Source: Dehalococcoidia bacterium (GTDB lineage Bacteria > Chloroflexota > Dehalococcoidia > Lucifugimonadales > JAGWBF01). Taken from it: a stretch of DNA of 64,000 nucleotides. Below, piece after piece: positions 61,453 to 64,000 of this stretch. The stretch lies in NCBI GenBank assembly GCA_965247295.1, contig CBDFGQ010000008.1, positions 578,227-642,226 on the forward strand. The letters run 5' to 3'. The notes below the pieces were generated by a model. The model was given only the letters and a program-made list of their open reading frames with translations. It did not search any database and had not been told where the DNA came from. The position numbers and the translations under genes were made by a program. Each line of letters starts with the position of its first letter. Position 1 is the stretch's first letter.

Positions 61453-63605
61453 TCAGTGGTCCTCCCGCTCGAGTTGCTTATGGTGACCAAGGCATCAACG
61501 GCCTTCACCCCTTCGCCTTCCGGGAGCACGGCGAGGGGATTTATGTCTATTTCCTGGACTCGGTCTCTGAGATTCACCGCCAGGTCGGACAGCTTCATAA
61601 GGGTGTCCAACAGGGCCGATATGTCACCCCTGCGCCGGCCCCGAAATCCCTTCAACAGCCGGCTTCCCTTGACCTCATCGACCATCTCCTGCGCGTCCCA
61701 GCGAGTTATCGGGCAGACACGGTGGGCCACGTCGCTCATTAGCTCGACCAGTACCCCTCCCAGTCCGTATAGCAATACCGGCCCCAGCTGCGGGTCCTGA
61801 GTTACCCCGACGATCACTTCGACGCCACCCCTGACGGTCTCCTGCACCAGGACGCCCCGGAGGTCGGCAGATGGCGCGTACTCTCGCGCGTTGCGCAGGA
61901 TCTCGTCGTAGGCGAGCCGTAGCATTTCAGCGTCACGGATGTCCAGCCTCAGGGCCCCGGCCTCCGTTTTGTGCAGTATGTCCGGGGACTCAACCTTTAG
62001 TACCACCGGATAGCCGATCTCCCTGGCCGCAACCGATGCCTCCTCTACCGTCGACGCCCGCCGCTCCAGAGTCGTCTGGATCCCCCACAAATCGAGCAAC
62101 TTCTTGGCTTCGTGCTCGCCCAGGGCACCTCGGTGTGATGACAGCAACTCCTCGGCGGTGGCGAGCACGTCAGGCGACGCCGGGCGAGCCCTCGCGAACC
62201 CAGACCGCATTCGCCCCTTACGCCACGAATGGTAGTCGTGTAGCTGCCTTAACGCGTAGGCAAGGTTCTCCGGGCTGTGGAATACCGGGATGTGCGCGTT
62301 TCTCAGGGTCTCCAGGCCCGTGGACTCCCCAAGCTCGTTTCCCGTGTACAGGAAGGCGACGAGTTCGTCGTGACCGGCTCGCAAATCGACGATGTGTTGG
62401 GCCTGGGCCTCGCTTGCCGAGCTGGCGACCACCAACGCCCCCACCTCCGGCTCGTTTATCATGTACTCCATAATCGGCGCTACCGTGTCGCGATTGGCGT
62501 GTCCGGTGATGTCGGCAGGGTTGGCCGCCCAGCCGAAGCCCTGGAGAATGTCGTTGATACCGTCCCGTGCATGGTCGGTGAGGCCTGGGAGCTCAAGCTC
62601 CGCCTGGCCAAACACGTCCGCCGTCAGCGAGCAGACGCCGCCTGAGTGGGATACCAGCGCTACTCCGTGCCTTTTTGGTGCACGACCGTCCGCGAGAAGC
62701 TGAGATACCTCCAGCAGCTTGTCCCAATCGTGGACCCGTATCACCCCATACTGTCTGAATGCCGCCTCATAGACCTCGTCCGCGCCGGTGATGGCCGCCG
62801 TGTGGGACCGAGCCGCCACGGTCCCAGGTTCGGACCGACCGATCTTTATCGCAACGATGGGTGTCCCCTTTTCCGCAGCCATTTTGGCTACCTCGAGGAA
62901 CTTTCGAGGGTCCTTGAACCCCTCGATGAACATGGCGATTACCCTGGTATCGTCGTCGTCGAGAAGGTAGCGAACGAAGTCCGTCGTCTCCAGGTCCGCC
63001 TCGTTGCCCGTCGAGACTATGTACGAGTAGCCGATTCGCCTGGCTACGGCGCGAGACAGAAAGGGTCCGAAGGCGGAAGCGCCGCTCTGGCACACCAGCG
63101 CCACGTTGCCGCCGATCATGTCCACGTCGGTTACGGAGGAGGTCGAGCAGGCCCAGATGTTGTCCCTGACGTTGGCTATGCCCAGGCAGTTGGGACCAGA
63201 GATTCGCACGCCTGTCTCCCGAGCGAGAACCCCAAGCTCCTCTTGCAGGACACGGCGTTCCTCCGTTCCTCGCTCGGCAAACCCGGCGGAGATGACGATG
63301 GCCGATCCGGCACCCTTTTCGGCGCACTCCCTCAGCACCGCGATCACGCGATGATACGGCACGATGATGCCCACGAGGTCGGGGCTCTCCGGCAGGTCGC
63401 CGACGCTGGGATAGCACGGCACGCCCATGAGCTCCTCGTAGCGTGGATTGACCGGATAGACCCGTACCCGATCCCTGGCGCGAAGGACCGAGCTCAGGAA
63501 GCGACCGCCATACTGCATCCGCTCCGTCGCACCCACCACCGCGATGGAGCGGGGGTTGACCATCTTGTGAATAGAGTCGAGCTGCGGCTCTGTCCAGTAG
63601 TCCAT
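61449..63605 (-). CDS. Acetate/acyl-CoA ligase (ADP-forming), fused alpha-beta
   Basis: PRSIAVVGA, SAGFAE, GPNCLG, SHT, NPAD, HKTEAG, DINPL. Confidence 0.92.
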   Translation of the reverse strand: MDYWTEPQLDSIHKMVNPRSIAVVGATERMQYGGRFLSSVLRARDRVRVYPVNPRYEELMGVPCYPSVGDLPESPDLVGIIVPYHRVIAVLRECAEKGAGSAIVISAGFAERGTEERRVLQEELGVLARETGVRISGPNCLGIANVRDNIWACSTSSVTDVDMIGGNVALVCQSGASAFGPFLSRAVARRIGYSYIVSTGNEADLETTDFVRYLLDDDDTRVIAMFIEGFKDPRKFLEVAKMAAEKGTPIVAIKIGRSEPGTVAARSHTAAITGADEVYEAAFRQYGVIRVHDWDKLLEVSQLLADGRAPKRHGVALVSHSGGVCSLTADVFGQAELELPGLTDHARDGINDILQGFGWAANPADITGHANRDTVAPIMEYMINEPEVGALVVASSASEAQAQHIVDLRAGHDELVAFLYTGNELGESTGLETLRNAHIPVFHSPENLAYALRQLHDYHSWRKGRMRSGFARARPASPDVLATAEELLSSHRGALGEHEAKKLLDLWGIQTTLERRASTVEEASVAAREIGYPVVLKVESPDILHKTEAGALRLDIRDAEMLRLAYDEILRNAREYAPSADLRGVLVQETVRGGVEVIVGVTQDPQLGPVLLYGLGGVLVELMSDVAHRVCPITRWDAQEMVDEVKGSRLLKGFRGRRRGDISALLDTLMKLSDLAVNLRDRVQEIDINPLAVLPEGEGVKAVDALVTISNSSGRTTE

Positions 63606-63832
63606 CGCTATCTACTCTTCTTCGTTGTCTGGTTCCGATACCGAAGACCGAGGACCGTTCTAATCGACAGTTGTCAGTATATGTAAGAGACGCTAGTTGT
63701 GTAAACTCTCAGAACCACATCATCAACGCCACACTCCTAAGCAGCCGTTATTGTGAGTCAATCCGCGGCTTAGTGTTTCCTGGGTCCCCGTGGTAGACTC
63801 CAGCAAAGTTTTAAGAAGGTTGTGGGTGCGCC

Positions 63833-64000
63833 ATGAAGATGACCAAGAATCGGTGGGTTGGAGTCATCCTGGGAGTCAGTGTTTTCCTGGCCGCCTTTGG
63901 CGTGGCGCTAGCCCTTACCGTTTTCCAGGTGAGCCGGGAGGTGCCCAGCGCCCTGCGCTTGGGCTCGGCAGTGGTCATCAGCGGGGACAACCTGGCCTTG
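63833..64000 (+). CDS. Secreted/membrane protein, 5' part only
   Basis: MKMTKNRW + hydrophobic helix, open to the window end. Confidence 0.55.
   Translation, partial: MKMTKNRWVGVILGVSVFLAAFGVALALTVFQVSREVPSALRLGSAVVISGDNLAL

Noticed and set aside
62646-63686. 346-aa plus-strand ORF and other long antisense ORFs
   Set aside because: Shadows of well-supported genes on the opposite strand

Overview
GC-rich bacterial window, most consistent with Chloroflexota/Dehalococcoidia (SAR202-like). This is an inference from gene content: amidohydrolase_2, amidases, DUF1800/DUF1501/NHL triplets, CxxC-x17-CxxC plus RRM locus and a T-box. About 2-47.3 kb is a decaying accessory region with seven IS3-family copies of three types, many truncated or frameshifted genes and a serine-recombinase remnant at its right edge. 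Its cargo includes a phosphonate cluster (2 methyltransferases, phnA-like, pepM, split phosphonopyruvate decarboxylase, AEP transaminase), an NRPS-like A-T-R reductase resembling fungal glycine-betaine reductase, a hidden UxxC selenoprotein with a SECIS-like hairpin, a duplicated zinc-ribbon/RRM locus with conserved RNA hairpins, and a TetR-MFS cassette between direct repeats. About 47.3-64 kb is intact: a mirror-image pair of DUF1800-DUF1501-NHL operons, T-box-controlled citramalate synthase, and an ADP-forming acyl-CoA ligase with three divergent CitE-like lyases. No rRNA, intact tRNA or CRISPR array was seen. All family assignments come from motif recognition by eye, not database searches.
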